Virus record (IMG/VR): IMGVR_UViG_3300043406_000058
Location: 1-44,342 of that record
Length of the DNA: 44,342 nucleotides
Source: a virus
Lineage: Duplodnaviria > Caudoviricetes
Reading direction: 5' to 3' (one strand)
How positions within the stretch are numbered: position 1 is the first letter of the stretch; every line of letters starts with the position of its first letter. The position numbers were made by a program, and so were the translations under genes. The notes beneath the pieces are model-generated. The model did not search any database. It had not been told where the DNA came from and worked only from the letters and a program-made list of their open reading frames with translations. This document shows positions 35,048 to 44,342 of this stretch, piece after piece.

Positions 35048-37666
35048 ATGGGCAACGACAACGCGGGGGCGCGCACCCCGAGAGACCTACCACTCGTCAC
35101 CGTTGACCTGGTGCGCGATGCACTGAGCTTCATCAGCCCCGACTGCGGACACGACGAGCGCGCCAAGCTGGCCGGCTCGATCTACTCCGAGCTGGGCGAG
35201 GGTGGCAAGGATGCGTGGATGGACTGGGCGGGCTCGCGCTCGGCACCCAGCCTGCGGGAAGACCGCGACACCTGGAAGAGCGCCAAGCGGTTCACCCGCG
35301 TCAAGATCGGCACGCTGTTCGGGCGTGCGAAGGACAGCGGTTTCCGTTTCCCGGCCCGGGATGAAGCAGCACCGCAGCCAGACGCCGCGCTGCTGGCCGC
35401 CGAACGGGCGAAGCGCGAGGCCAAGGCCGCAGCGGCGGAAGCCGAGTACCGCGCCCGCGCTGACCAGGCGGCACGCGATGCGCGGGCCATGTGGTCGGAT
35501 GCCGTGCCGGCCACATTCGAGGGCGCCGGCTACCTGCTGCGCAAGGGCGTGTCCCCGCACGGTGTGCGGATGCTGGACGATGGCACGCTGCTGGTGCCGA
35601 TGATCGACATCGAGGGCACGTTGCAGAACCTGCAGCGCATCGCCCCGCGCAAGCCTGAGGGCGACAAGCCGGAAAAGCGGATCCTGCCGGGCGCGCGCAA
35701 GTCGGGGCTGTTCCATCTCGTCGGCGCTGAGCTGGATGAGGTCGAGGGGCTGGAGGTGCTGCTGGCCGCCGAAGGCTACGCCACCGCCGCCAGCATCCAC
35801 GAGGCCACGGGCCGGTCGGTGCTGGTGTGCATGGATGCGGGCAACATGGTCAACGTCATCAAGCTGGCCCGGGCGCGGTGGCCGCTGCTGCCGCTGCTGG
35901 TCTGCGCCGATGACGACCGCGAGACCGAGGGGCGCACGGGAAAGAACGCGGGCAAGGCTGCCGCGCTGTCCTGCGTGCGTGCGGCCGACTCGGACGCGGC
36001 GCCGTGCGGCATGGTGCTGCCGGTGGGCCTGCTGGATGGGGGCACGGACTTCAACGACCTGATGGTCGAGCATGGTCACGATTCAGTTGCTCAGGTGATC
36101 GGGGATGCGGTGGCGCATCTGCTCGATGTGAGCGGGGAGCAGCAGCACCAGGACGCCAGCGACGAGCCGCCGCCGTGGATGGACGATGTGCCTGCAGGCG
36201 ACGACGCCGAAGCCGCCGCGCCCGCACAGGGGGGAGGGGGTACGGTCGTCGAGGTGGACTTTGCCGCCAAGGGCAAGGCCAAAACGAAGAAGTCGCCCGA
36301 GAAGAAGTCCGACGATTTCTGGGCACTGATCGATGGCCTGGCTGAGCGGTACTCGCTGATCTACGGGACGGACCAGTGCTGGGACCACACCAAGCGGGTG
36401 CTGATCAAGATCGCGCACATGCGGCTGGCGCACGGGTCGGACCCGATCAAGTTCTGGCTGGCGCGGCCGTCACGTCGGATGGTGGACCTGGCTGATCTGG
36501 TGTTCGAACCGGGGCAGGAGGTGCCAGCGCACCAGATCAACATGTTCGGCGGGTTGGCCCTGCGTCCTGTGCCGTGCAAGGCGGATGCCGTGGCGCCGAT
36601 GTTGGAGCTGATTCGGCATCTGTGCTCGGGGTCTGGCGAGTCGGCGGACGATGTGGACGCGGTGATGCACTGGGTGCTGTGCTGGATGGCCCTGCCGCTG
36701 CAGCAGCTCGGCACCAAGATGCAGACCGCGCTGGTGTTCCACGGTGCGCAGGGCACGGGAAAGAACTTGTTCTTCGACGTGTGGCGCGATCTCTACGGGG
36801 ACCACGGGATCACGGTCGGTCAGACCGAGATCGAGGACAAGTTCAACGGGTGGATCAGTCGCAAGCTGGCGATCGTGGCCGATGAGGTCGTGTCGCGGCA
36901 GGAGATGTACCACAAGAAGAACACGCTGAAGTCGGTGGTCACGCAGGAAAAGAAGTTCCCGATCCGCGGGATGCAGATGGAAACGCGGTGGGAGTCGAAC
37001 CACGCGAACGTGGTGTTCTTGTCGAACGAGTCGATGCCGCTGGCTCTGGAAGAGCGGGACCGCCGGTACATGGTGGTCTACACGCCGCTCGAAGCGGATG
37101 AGGCGCTGTACATCGCGGTGCGCGACTTCCTGGCAGCCGGTGGCCGTGAGAAGTGGTTGCACTACCTGCAGACCTACGCGCTCGGCGAGTTCAACGCACA
37201 CACCAAGCCGCTGATGACGCGGGCCAAAGAGAAGCTGATCGAGCTGAACTGGAAGTCGTCGGAGCGGTTCGCGCATGAGTGGCTGAACGGGTTCCTGCCC
37301 CTCCCTGTGAGGGTCTGCTCGGCAGGGCAGCTGTACCGGGCGTTTCGGCGTTGGGCAGACCAGACGGGCGAGAAGTGGCCACCGGCACAGCCGCTGTTCA
37401 CCGGGCAGGTAGAGCGGTGGATCAACGAGCGTGTGGGGCGGGATGCCTCGGGGCGTCGTGAGCAGCCTGTGCTGGTCTACAAGGTCGTGGCCCTCAAGGA
37501 TGCAGTGGGCAACCGCAAGAGCGTGCGGTGCTGGCTGCCGACAGGCTCTGGTCCTGCTGAGGGCGTCACCGAAGGCGAGTGGGCCGCGGCGAGCGTCGAT
37601 GCGTTCGATGCCGATGTGGACCGCTTCTGCCGTCGTCCTGGCTCGGATGTGGAGGGCGCGGAATGA
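35048..37666 (+). CDS. Primase-helicase (PriCT-2-like, TOPRIM and D5/SF3-type helicase domains)
   Basis: AEGYATA, ADDD, DFND TOPRIM motifs; Walker A GAQGTGKN; IVADE; FLSNE. Confidence 0.92.
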   Translation: MGNDNAGARTPRDLPLVTVDLVRDALSFISPDCGHDERAKLAGSIYSELGEGGKDAWMDWAGSRSAPSLREDRDTWKSAKRFTRVKIGTLFGRAKDSGFRFPARDEAAPQPDAALLAAERAKREAKAAAAEAEYRARADQAARDARAMWSDAVPATFEGAGYLLRKGVSPHGVRMLDDGTLLVPMIDIEGTLQNLQRIAPRKPEGDKPEKRILPGARKSGLFHLVGAELDEVEGLEVLLAAEGYATAASIHEATGRSVLVCMDAGNMVNVIKLARARWPLLPLLVCADDDRETEGRTGKNAGKAAALSCVRAADSDAAPCGMVLPVGLLDGGTDFNDLMVEHGHDSVAQVIGDAVAHLLDVSGEQQHQDASDEPPPWMDDVPAGDDAEAAAPAQGGGGTVVEVDFAAKGKAKTKKSPEKKSDDFWALIDGLAERYSLIYGTDQCWDHTKRVLIKIAHMRLAHGSDPIKFWLARPSRRMVDLADLVFEPGQEVPAHQINMFGGLALRPVPCKADAVAPMLELIRHLCSGSGESADDVDAVMHWVLCWMALPLQQLGTKMQTALVFHGAQGTGKNLFFDVWRDLYGDHGITVGQTEIEDKFNGWISRKLAIVADEVVSRQEMYHKKNTLKSVVTQEKKFPIRGMQMETRWESNHANVVFLSNESMPLALEERDRRYMVVYTPLEADEALYIAVRDFLAAGGREKWLHYLQTYALGEFNAHTKPLMTRAKEKLIELNWKSSERFAHEWLNGFLPLPVRVCSAGQLYRAFRRWADQTGEKWPPAQPLFTGQVERWINERVGRDASGRREQPVLVYKVVALKDAVGNRKSVRCWLPTGSGPAEGVTEGEWAAASVDAFDADVDRFCRRPGSDVEGAE

Positions 37667-37670
37667 CCTG

Positions 37671-37911
37671 TTACGCCGGAATTACGCGGCTGTTACGCGG
37701 CCGTTACGCGCTAAGTAGTTGTCGTTACTTGTGTTTCGCCGTTACGCGGGACTTCCTCGTGTGTGTGCGTGTGCATGTGTGGGCGCGTGCGCATGTGGGC
37801 ACATGGTCATCAGCAGTTATGCATTTCAGTCCGTCACGAAATCACCGCGTAACAGCGAAACACAAGTAACGACAACCACTTAGCGCGTAAGAGCCCGCGT
37901 AACTCGCGTAA
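37671..37911. other. Putative replication origin
   Basis: Convergent TTACGC iterons and a 46-bp inverted repeat immediately after the primase-helicase gene. Confidence 0.7.
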
Positions 37912-37955
37912 TTCACACCTCACCCACCCATTCAGAAAAGAGAGAGAGAAAAAAG

Positions 37956-38255
37956 ATGGAGAACGGAAACGCAAAAAAGAAGCTGAGCTGGTCCTGGCTG
38001 CCGGATTTCATGCCGAAGGTGGCCGGGCTGATCCAGGAGCGCCGCCAGCAGGATGGCGCCGAGTGGGTGGCGCACTGCTGGCGTGAGTCGGTGGGGCAGG
38101 GCAAGCCGGGCTTCTTCTGGGCCGCTGAGGGCGCTGTGGCCATCGGCGTGCCGGTCGATGCGCAGATCGTGGTGATGCACCACGAGCTGGCCGGCAAGGC
38201 CCCTGGCACCGCCACCATGGACATGGCACGCAAGCCGGACGGGTGGGCTGCATGA
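37956..38255 (+). CDS. Hypothetical protein
   Basis: 99-aa ORF after a purine-rich RBS region; coupled to the next gene. Confidence 0.65.
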   Translation: MENGNAKKKLSWSWLPDFMPKVAGLIQERRQQDGAEWVAHCWRESVGQGKPGFFWAAEGAVAIGVPVDAQIVVMHHELAGKAPGTATMDMARKPDGWAA

Positions 38256-39019
38256 AGGTCGAACTCAAGGGCCTGGAAGGGCTGGGGGCGCTGTCGGGGC
38301 TGAGCGAGCGGCGCATGGCCTCGGCGCTGGCTACAGCCATGACGCGCACAGCAGTGGACGTGCGGGATGCTGAGCTGGTCGAGCTGCAACGTGCGATCGA
38401 CAGGCCGACCCCGTATACCCTGCGCTCGCTGTACGTGCGTGGTGCCACAGCACAGCGACAGTACGCCGAGGTCTGGTTCAAGGACACGACAACCGGGAGC
38501 GGGATTGCTGCAACGAACTACCTCGGGCCGCAGGTGGATGGCGGTAGCCGCAAGCACAAGCGCCTTGAGGCGTCGCTGCGGGCTGCTGGGCACCTGCCTG
38601 CGGGGTGGCTGGTCGTGCCTGGTGCAGGGTGTCGGATCGATGCTTATGGCAATGCGGACCGAGGGCAGGTGATGCAAGTGCTGTCGCAACTGCGGGTGCA
38701 GCTTGTGAGCGGGTTCGATCGCTCGATGAGCCGGGATGCGCGGAAGCAGATCAATGCGCAGCGCAAGGCGGGGGGGCGGTTCTTCGTGATCCCGCCGGGC
38801 GGCAAGGCGCGGGGAGGGGTGTATCAGCGCGAGCTGATGGGGCGCACGGTCACGCCGGTGTTCATCTTCGTGCGCTCGGCTACGTACCGGGCGCGGTTCG
38901 ACTTTGATGGTGTGGCACAGCGGACGATCGACCGCGTAGTGGACGGGCACATCACGAGGGCGGTGATGGAGCAGGTCGAGCGGTCGATGCGGGCTGGGAC
39001 GCAGGGGGCACTGTGGTGA
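38252..39019 (+). CDS. Conserved phage protein (gpZ-like), upstream of cos
   Basis: ALATAMTRTA...IDRPTPYT...YLGPQVDGGSR...YRARFDF pattern. Confidence 0.65.
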   Translation: MKVELKGLEGLGALSGLSERRMASALATAMTRTAVDVRDAELVELQRAIDRPTPYTLRSLYVRGATAQRQYAEVWFKDTTTGSGIAATNYLGPQVDGGSRKHKRLEASLRAAGHLPAGWLVVPGAGCRIDAYGNADRGQVMQVLSQLRVQLVSGFDRSMSRDARKQINAQRKAGGRFFVIPPGGKARGGVYQRELMGRTVTPVFIFVRSATYRARFDFDGVAQRTIDRVVDGHITRAVMEQVERSMRAGTQGALW

Positions 39020-39069
39020 TGGCCGAGACCAAAACGCACCAATGGTGTGCATGGTGGTTGGGGGATCAC

Positions 39070-39110
39070 GGGTCCTTCCCGGCATGGCAAGCGCGGGTAA
39101 TTCGGCCCCC
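39070..39110 (+). other. cos-like packaging site
   Basis: GGGTCCT (same as lambda cosQ) followed by GCGGGTAATTCGGCCC just upstream of terS. Confidence 0.6.
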
Positions 39111-39151
39111 GGTGATTCAGCGTTCACCAAGTTCCCCGTGGGGGTTATGCC

Positions 39152-39640
39152 ATGCTGATAGACACTGACAAGCTCATCAGCCAGACCGCCTTCGGCCTCA
39201 CTGTCGGCATCAGCCAGCCCGCCGTAAGCGCCATGCTCTCCGATGGCATCCTGCCCGACGCTGGCACCGCCGGCGATTGGCTCCTCGCGTACTGCGCCCG
39301 CCTGCGCGACATCGCCTCAGGCCGCGACATGACCGGCGAGCTGACCGCCGCCCGCATCCGCAAGACGACAGAAGAAGCCGACGCCGTCGCCCTGTCCAAC
39401 GCCATCAAGCGCGGCGAGTATGCCCCCATCGCTGCACTGGAGGATGTCCTCTCTTTAGCCAGCGTCGCCGTGGTCGCTCGCTTCGAGCAGCTCGATGGAC
39501 TGATCGCCCAGGCCGCCCCCGATCTGCCGGACGCTGCCCGCCAGGCCGTGCTGCACACGCTCAACGGTGCCCGGAACGAATGGGTCCGCATGACAGCATC
39601 GCTTGACCTGGTCAGCGCCGCCGACGAAACCGACGCATGA
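39152..39640 (+). CDS. terS: Terminase small subunit (Nu1-like)
   Basis: N-terminal wHTH SQTAFGLTVGISQPAVS and coiled coil; directly before TerL. Confidence 0.85.
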   Translation: MLIDTDKLISQTAFGLTVGISQPAVSAMLSDGILPDAGTAGDWLLAYCARLRDIASGRDMTGELTAARIRKTTEEADAVALSNAIKRGEYAPIAALEDVLSLASVAVVARFEQLDGLIAQAAPDLPDAARQAVLHTLNGARNEWVRMTASLDLVSAADETDA

Positions 39641-41700
39641 CCACGAGCATCCAGCCCGAGACCCTCGCCGCGCTGCGCCTGGCACTCCAGCGCGGCATGG
39701 CCCCGTTCCGGGCTGACCCACGCATGCCGCTGAGCGTCTGGGCTGAGCAGCATTTCATACTCGACCGTGACAGCTCGCAGCAGGCGGGCGGCTGGTCCTG
39801 CTGGCCGTTCCAGGCTGCGCTGATGGACTGGATGAGCGACGACCGCATCGTGCGCGTCATCATCCGCAAGTCCAAGCGCGTCGGGTACACCAAGATCCTG
39901 ACGGCACTGCTGTGCTACGTCATCGCCCACTTGCGGCGCAATGCGGCGCTCTGGCAGCCGACGGACGACGACCGAGATTCGTTCGTGCGCACCGAGCTGG
40001 ACCCCGTCACCTCTGGCGTCCGCATCGTGCGTGACCAGCGCCGCGGCACCGGTGCAGATGACACGCTCAAGCTCAAGCGGTTCCGAGCCGCCGTGCTGCA
40101 CCTCCTCGGCGGCAAAGCCGCCCGCGCCTACCGCCGAATCACCGTCGCCCTCGCCATCCTGGACGAGTGGTCTGCCTTCGACCAGTCAATTGAAGGCCAA
40201 GGCGACCCCGGCTCCCTCGCCTTCGGCCGCCTCGAAGGTGCTCCATTCCCCAAGTTCGTCGGCGGATCCACCCCCGGCACCCGTGGCGCCTGCCATGTCA
40301 CCCTCGCGGCTGACCAGGCAGACGTGGACATGCGCTACCACATCGACTGCCCCCACTGCGGCGTCGAGCACCCGCTCACCACCGGCATCGACCCCAAGAC
40401 CGGAAGCCGCACCCGCCACGGCCTGCAGTGGACCCCCGGCCAGCCCGCCACCGCTGTCCACATCTGCCCTCACTGCCTGCAGCCCATGACCCGCGCCCAG
40501 TACCTCGCCGGCGGCCAGCCGATGGCGGGCGAATGGGTCTGCATCCGCACCGGCCTGCGCTACACCGCCGACCGCCGCTGGCTCGATGCCGCTGGCCAGG
40601 AGACCCGCCCGCCGCGCAACGTCGCTGCACAAATCTGGTCCGCCTACTCCCCCCAGCGCGACTGGACCAGCATCGCCGAGGACCACGAGAAAGCCGACGC
40701 CGCCGAACAGGCCGGCGACAGCTCGCTGATGATCACCCTCGTCAACGAAACCTATGGCGAGCCCTACGAAGTCCGAGGCCAGCGCCGAGACGACCACGCC
40801 CTGTCCAGCCAGGCCGGAAAGCACGTCTTCGGCATCGTGCCCATCGGCGCCCTCAAGCTCACCTCTGGCATCGACGTGCAGCAAGACCGCGTTGAAATCG
40901 GCGTCTGGGGCTGGGGTCGCGGCATGGAATCATGGGTGATCGACCACCACATCATTGAGGGCAACCCCGCTGCCGATGACGCCCTGTGGGATGCCGTCGG
41001 CACCTACCTCCTGCGCCGCTACCGCCAGGCGTGGCACGGTGGCACGCTGGGCATCGACTCCATCAGCATCGACTCGGGCTGGGCCACCCACGCCGTCTAC
41101 GCTTTTGTGCGCGCCCAGGCCGGCACCCTGCCGATCCGCGCCATCAAGGGCAAGGACGAACCCAAAGCCCCGATCAAGATGGCCGCCACCGTCCAGGACA
41201 TTAACTGGCGCGGCCAGAAGTGGATCGGCGGCATCAAGCTCTGGGGCGTCGGCACACAGTCGAGCGAGGATCTGCTGCATGGGCAGCTCGGGCTCGACAA
41301 GCCCGGCCCCGGCTACATCCACTACGCCGATGGCCTGCCGCAAGAGTGGTACGCCCAGCTCACGGGCAAGACCCGCGTGCCCACCCGCAGCAAGCACAGC
41401 ATCGTAGAAAAGTGGATCCGCAGCCGCCCGCGTGTCGAAGTCCGCGACTGCCGCCGCTACGCGCACCACGCCGCCCTGTGCCTCGGCATCGACAGCTACA
41501 CCGCCGCCCGCTGGACCGAGCTGGAGCACCAGGTGCAGCCGCCCCGCGACCTGTTCAGCGATCCGCCCACCACCGCGGAGCTGTTGGCAGAAGCACCAGC
41601 CACCACGCCGGCCCCTCTGCCTACCGCTGTGGCACCACCGCCACCGCAGGCGTCTGCGCCACCACTGCGCCGAGCCCGCCCCCGCCTGTTCGGCGGGTGA
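39637..41700 (+). CDS. terL: Terminase large subunit, lambda GpA family
   Basis: KSKRVGYTK Walker A, ILDE Walker B, GSTP, CPHC pairs, GIDVQ nuclease motif. Confidence 0.95.
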   Translation: MTTSIQPETLAALRLALQRGMAPFRADPRMPLSVWAEQHFILDRDSSQQAGGWSCWPFQAALMDWMSDDRIVRVIIRKSKRVGYTKILTALLCYVIAHLRRNAALWQPTDDDRDSFVRTELDPVTSGVRIVRDQRRGTGADDTLKLKRFRAAVLHLLGGKAARAYRRITVALAILDEWSAFDQSIEGQGDPGSLAFGRLEGAPFPKFVGGSTPGTRGACHVTLAADQADVDMRYHIDCPHCGVEHPLTTGIDPKTGSRTRHGLQWTPGQPATAVHICPHCLQPMTRAQYLAGGQPMAGEWVCIRTGLRYTADRRWLDAAGQETRPPRNVAAQIWSAYSPQRDWTSIAEDHEKADAAEQAGDSSLMITLVNETYGEPYEVRGQRRDDHALSSQAGKHVFGIVPIGALKLTSGIDVQQDRVEIGVWGWGRGMESWVIDHHIIEGNPAADDALWDAVGTYLLRRYRQAWHGGTLGIDSISIDSGWATHAVYAFVRAQAGTLPIRAIKGKDEPKAPIKMAATVQDINWRGQKWIGGIKLWGVGTQSSEDLLHGQLGLDKPGPGYIHYADGLPQEWYAQLTGKTRVPTRSKHSIVEKWIRSRPRVEVRDCRRYAHHAALCLGIDSYTAARWTELEHQVQPPRDLFSDPPTTAELLAEAPATTPAPLPTAVAPPPPQASAPPLRRARPRLFGG

Positions 41701-41746
41701 TGACAGACCAGACCACCGATCGACCACCACACCACCATCATCGACC

Positions 41747-42127
41747 ATGAGCGCCACCACCAAGCCAGGAAAAGCCGCCCCTGCGGCTGCCATCTCGCCG
41801 ACGCCCGCCCTGGACCGCATCATCCAGCGCGACCCGGACCTCGTTGATCGCATGTTCGACTACCTGCTGCAGCAGATGCCCGAGCTGGCTGGCCGTGCTG
41901 CTGATCTAGCCCGGGCGGAGCGGTCCTTGCGCAGCGAGTTCCGGGCACACCGGGGGCTGCACGTCCGCAGCCCTCAAAGCGACGAGACAGCCGAAATCAG
42001 GGCCAAGGTGCTGGCCTACCCTGCAGGTGCGTCAAAAACCGGGATTGCCCGCGATCTCGGCATCTCGCGCATGACCGTTTACCGCATCATGTCGGCGCAG
42101 GGTGTATCAGCCCCCCCCGTGATTTGA
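41747..42127 (+). CDS. Mor/C-like late transcription activator
   Basis: DLVDRMFDYL...SEFR...LHV plus C-terminal HTH IARDLGISRMTVYRI; ends on a dyad promoter site. Confidence 0.7.
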   Translation: MSATTKPGKAAPAAAISPTPALDRIIQRDPDLVDRMFDYLLQQMPELAGRAADLARAERSLRSEFRAHRGLHVRSPQSDETAEIRAKVLAYPAGASKTGIARDLGISRMTVYRIMSAQGVSAPPVI

Positions 42128-42131
42128 TACA
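42103..42131 (+). promoter_or_regulatory. Putative late-promoter activator site upstream of gpW/portal
   Basis: TGTATCAG-C8-GTGAT-TTGATACA; 9-bp dyad GGTGTATCA/TGATACACC. Confidence 0.65.
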
Positions 42132-42154
42132 CCAAGCCCGCGACCATCGCGGGC

Positions 42155-42379
42155 ATGGCCTACACCCAAGACGACCTCGACCGCATTGACCGCGCCATTG
42201 CCTCGGGCGAGCTGTCGATTTACGACGGTCACACCCGCGTCGAGTACAAGACCACTGCCGAGCTGGTCTTGGCGCGTGACCTGATCCGCGCTGACCTCGC
42301 CGCCCAGGCGCGTGGTGCATCGACAGCGCACTCGCCCAGCGGCATCTGGGGATTCGCGCGCGTCGGGAGCAGGCTGTGA
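42155..42379 (+). CDS. Head-tail joining protein (gpW-like)
   Basis: MAYTQDDLDRIDRAIASGE...VEYKT pattern, before portal. Confidence 0.85.
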   Translation: MAYTQDDLDRIDRAIASGELSIYDGHTRVEYKTTAELVLARDLIRADLAAQARGASTAHSPSGIWGFARVGSRL

Positions 42380-43854
42380 TGAACATCCTCGACCAGCTCA
42401 TCGGCTACGTGTCCCCCGCGGCTGGCGTGCGCCGTGCCCAGGCCCGCGCACTGCTGACCCGGTCGCACATGGCCGCGAACCCCCGCAACGCACCGCGCCC
42501 CCGTGGCGCTGGTGCCTCTGCCAATGCCGACATCGCAGTCGGTGCCCGTGCGCTGCGCGAACACGCCCGCCACCTGCGTGACAACGTCGGGTACATCGGC
42601 GCTGGTCTGAGCGAGCGCGTGGACTCTGCCATCGGGACCGGGGTGGTCCGCAAGTGGTCCGGCCCGCACGCCGCCCAGTTGACCCAGCTGCACAAGATCT
42701 GGTCCGCCCAGTGCGACGCCGCCGGAAAGCTCAATCTGGGCGGTGTCGAGGCGCTGGCGATGGCATCCATGGAGTGCGATGGCACCGCCCTGATCCGCAT
42801 CCGCGCGCGGCGTGTCGAGGACGGGCTCGCGGTCCCTATGCAGCTCCAATCGATCGAAGTGGACTGGATCGATACCGACCGCAAGGCTGCCAGCAAGACC
42901 GGTCACAGCGTCATCAACGGGATCGAATACGACCCGCTGGGGCGCCGCATCGGCTGGTGGCTCTACGACCAGCACCCCGGTGACGCGGGCCTCTCTGGCG
43001 CGCTCACCACCCGCGCCACCAGCACGCTGGTGCCAGCCGACGCCATCATCGACCTGTACGACGTGATCCGGGCAGGGCAGGGCGCTGGCATCTCGCGCAT
43101 GAAGTCCGCGATCCTGCTGATCCGTGACCTTGAGCTGTACCGCGAAGCCGAGGCCCGCCGGAAAGACACCGAAGCCCGGATCGGCATCATTGCCTCGGGG
43201 GATGTGCAGTCGATGGCCGCCCCGGAGGCGCTGGGAGCGCAGCGCAGCACCTCTGCGCTGTCGCTGGGCGAGATCCCCTCGGGCGGCATCCTGCAAGTCG
43301 CCCCAGGCTTGAACCTCACCAGCGTGGCCCCGACCGCCATGCCGGGGTACGTGGACACGATCAAGTACGAAATCAAGCTCATCTGCGCCGCCATCGGCTG
43401 CACTTACGAGGGCGCCACTGGCGACATGAGTGAGGTGAATTTCTCGGCCAGCCGCATGCGTCGGATCAGCTTTCGGGCGTCGATCGAGCGCACACAGTGG
43501 CTCACGCTGGTGCCCCAGCTCCTGCGCCCGCTCGACGAAGCCTTTGTCCGCTTCGCGAAGCTCTCCGGGGCGCTGCCGCCGTCGGCGGGCTGGGATGTCG
43601 AGTACACGTTCCCGCGCTGGCCGGCTGTCGATCAGCTCAAGGAGGTCAACGCCGACTTGCAAGAGATCGCGGGCGGGGTGTCCAGCATCAGCGCCAAGAT
43701 CCGCGAGCGTGGAAGCGACCCGGACATCGTGTTTGCCGAGCGTGCGGCCGACTTCAAGCGGCTTGAATCCGCCGGGCTGATGCCGCTGATGCTCGCGCTG
43801 CTCAAGGGCCTGCCGATGCCTGACCCAGGCCAAGACCAGGCAGCCAAGACCTGA
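42376..43854 (+). CDS. Portal protein, lambda family
   Basis: LREHARHLRDN, NGIEYD, TGDMSEVNFSASR, VDQLKE motifs. Confidence 0.93.
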   Translation: MMNILDQLIGYVSPAAGVRRAQARALLTRSHMAANPRNAPRPRGAGASANADIAVGARALREHARHLRDNVGYIGAGLSERVDSAIGTGVVRKWSGPHAAQLTQLHKIWSAQCDAAGKLNLGGVEALAMASMECDGTALIRIRARRVEDGLAVPMQLQSIEVDWIDTDRKAASKTGHSVINGIEYDPLGRRIGWWLYDQHPGDAGLSGALTTRATSTLVPADAIIDLYDVIRAGQGAGISRMKSAILLIRDLELYREAEARRKDTEARIGIIASGDVQSMAAPEALGAQRSTSALSLGEIPSGGILQVAPGLNLTSVAPTAMPGYVDTIKYEIKLICAAIGCTYEGATGDMSEVNFSASRMRRISFRASIERTQWLTLVPQLLRPLDEAFVRFAKLSGALPPSAGWDVEYTFPRWPAVDQLKEVNADLQEIAGGVSSISAKIRERGSDPDIVFAERAADFKRLESAGLMPLMLALLKGLPMPDPGQDQAAKT

Positions 43855-43871
43855 ACACCCGGATCACCCCT

Positions 43872-44099
43872 ATGCCATTGCTTTCTGACTCTGCCCCGCT
43901 GTCACTGCCTCTGCGCGCGACTGATCGACTGTTTGTCGAGCGTGACGGCCGCGCACCTTACGAAGTCTCTCTCGCCGCTGTGATCGATCTTGTCGCCGCT
44001 GAAATCATCAGTCGCACAACGCAAGTCATTCCAGCCGGCGCCATCCTTTTCCCCCGCGGGTATCTGTCCACAGATCGCGGTCCCATCGTTTTTGCCTGA
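43872..44099 (+). CDS. Small hypothetical protein
   Basis: 75-aa ORF between portal and the fibre-like gene. Confidence 0.5.
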   Translation: MPLLSDSAPLSLPLRATDRLFVERDGRAPYEVSLAAVIDLVAAEIISRTTQVIPAGAILFPRGYLSTDRGPIVFA

Positions 44100-44114
44100 T
44101 TGATCGAGTACGAC

Positions 44115-44342
44115 ATGACGATTTTTGTACAGACCCCGAGTGGCGCAGTCGGCATGGCCGAGGCCGAAAAGCAGGAATTGCGGGTAGCAATCGGTGCTGC
44201 CGCCGAGAGCCACACGCACCCGGTTGCTGCGCACACGCACACCGCGACCGATGTCGGCGCTGCCCCTGCCGCGCACACGCACACCGCGACCGATGTCGGC
44301 GCTGCCCCTGCCGCGCACACGCACACCGCGACCGATGTCGGC
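44115..44342 (+). CDS. 5' part of the HxH-repeat/SGNH protein (continues at position 1)
   Basis: MTIFVQTPSGAVG...ESHTHPVAAHTHTATDVG, open to the contig end, in the repeat frame that continues into 3..2027. Confidence 0.8.
   Translation, partial: MTIFVQTPSGAVGMAEAEKQELRVAIGAAAESHTHPVAAHTHTATDVGAAPAAHTHTATDVGAAPAAHTHTATDVG
44227..44342 (+). repeat. 42-bp tandem repeat copies / terminal overlap
   Basis: 44269-44342 identical to 1-74. Confidence 0.95.

Noticed and set aside
37816-37822. GTTATGC as an additional attC core
   Set aside because: No matching R''/L boxes nearby; it lies in the candidate origin spacer
37913-39130. 405-aa minus-strand ORF and other long antisense ORFs (e.g. 6909-8246, 42229-43833)
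   Set aside because: Shadow ORFs of GC-rich coding genes with no recognisable motifs
44269-44342. Biological direct terminal repeat
   Set aside because: The 74-bp overlap lies inside a coding tandem repeat and is best explained as an assembly break; a cos-like site exists elsewhere
1-44342. tRNA, rRNA or IS elements
   Set aside because: None recognised by eye; tRNAscan, Infernal and ISEScan were not run, so small RNAs cannot be excluded

Overview
The window is an essentially complete, circular, GC-rich temperate siphophage genome. Bases 1-74 are identical to 44269-44342, and this join lies inside a 42-bp coding tandem repeat. A Burkholderiales-type host is inferred from gene content and composition only. 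Modules: lambda-like packaging and head genes (cos-like site, TerS, GpA-type TerL, Mor-like activator, gpW, portal, HxH-repeat/SGNH fibre-like protein, protease-capsid fusion); a non-contractile tail (tube, frameshifted chaperones, tape measure, tip proteins); lysis genes (holin-like proteins, lipoprotein, GH19 endolysin); attP plus a tyrosine integrase; a long leftward early operon; a repressor/Cro switch; and a primase-helicase with an iteron origin. The leftward operon carries two diversification devices, each missing its catalytic enzyme. (1) A diversity-generating retroelement: two DUF1566/CLec-like targets with VRs, avd and a TR, but the RT has an internal deletion removing the catalytic core. 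(2) An integron-like cassette array directly downstream of the phage integrase: two complete attC sites plus half-sites, no IntI, and all cassette genes inverted relative to attC and therefore collinear with the phage early operon. All calls are by eye; no database searches were run.
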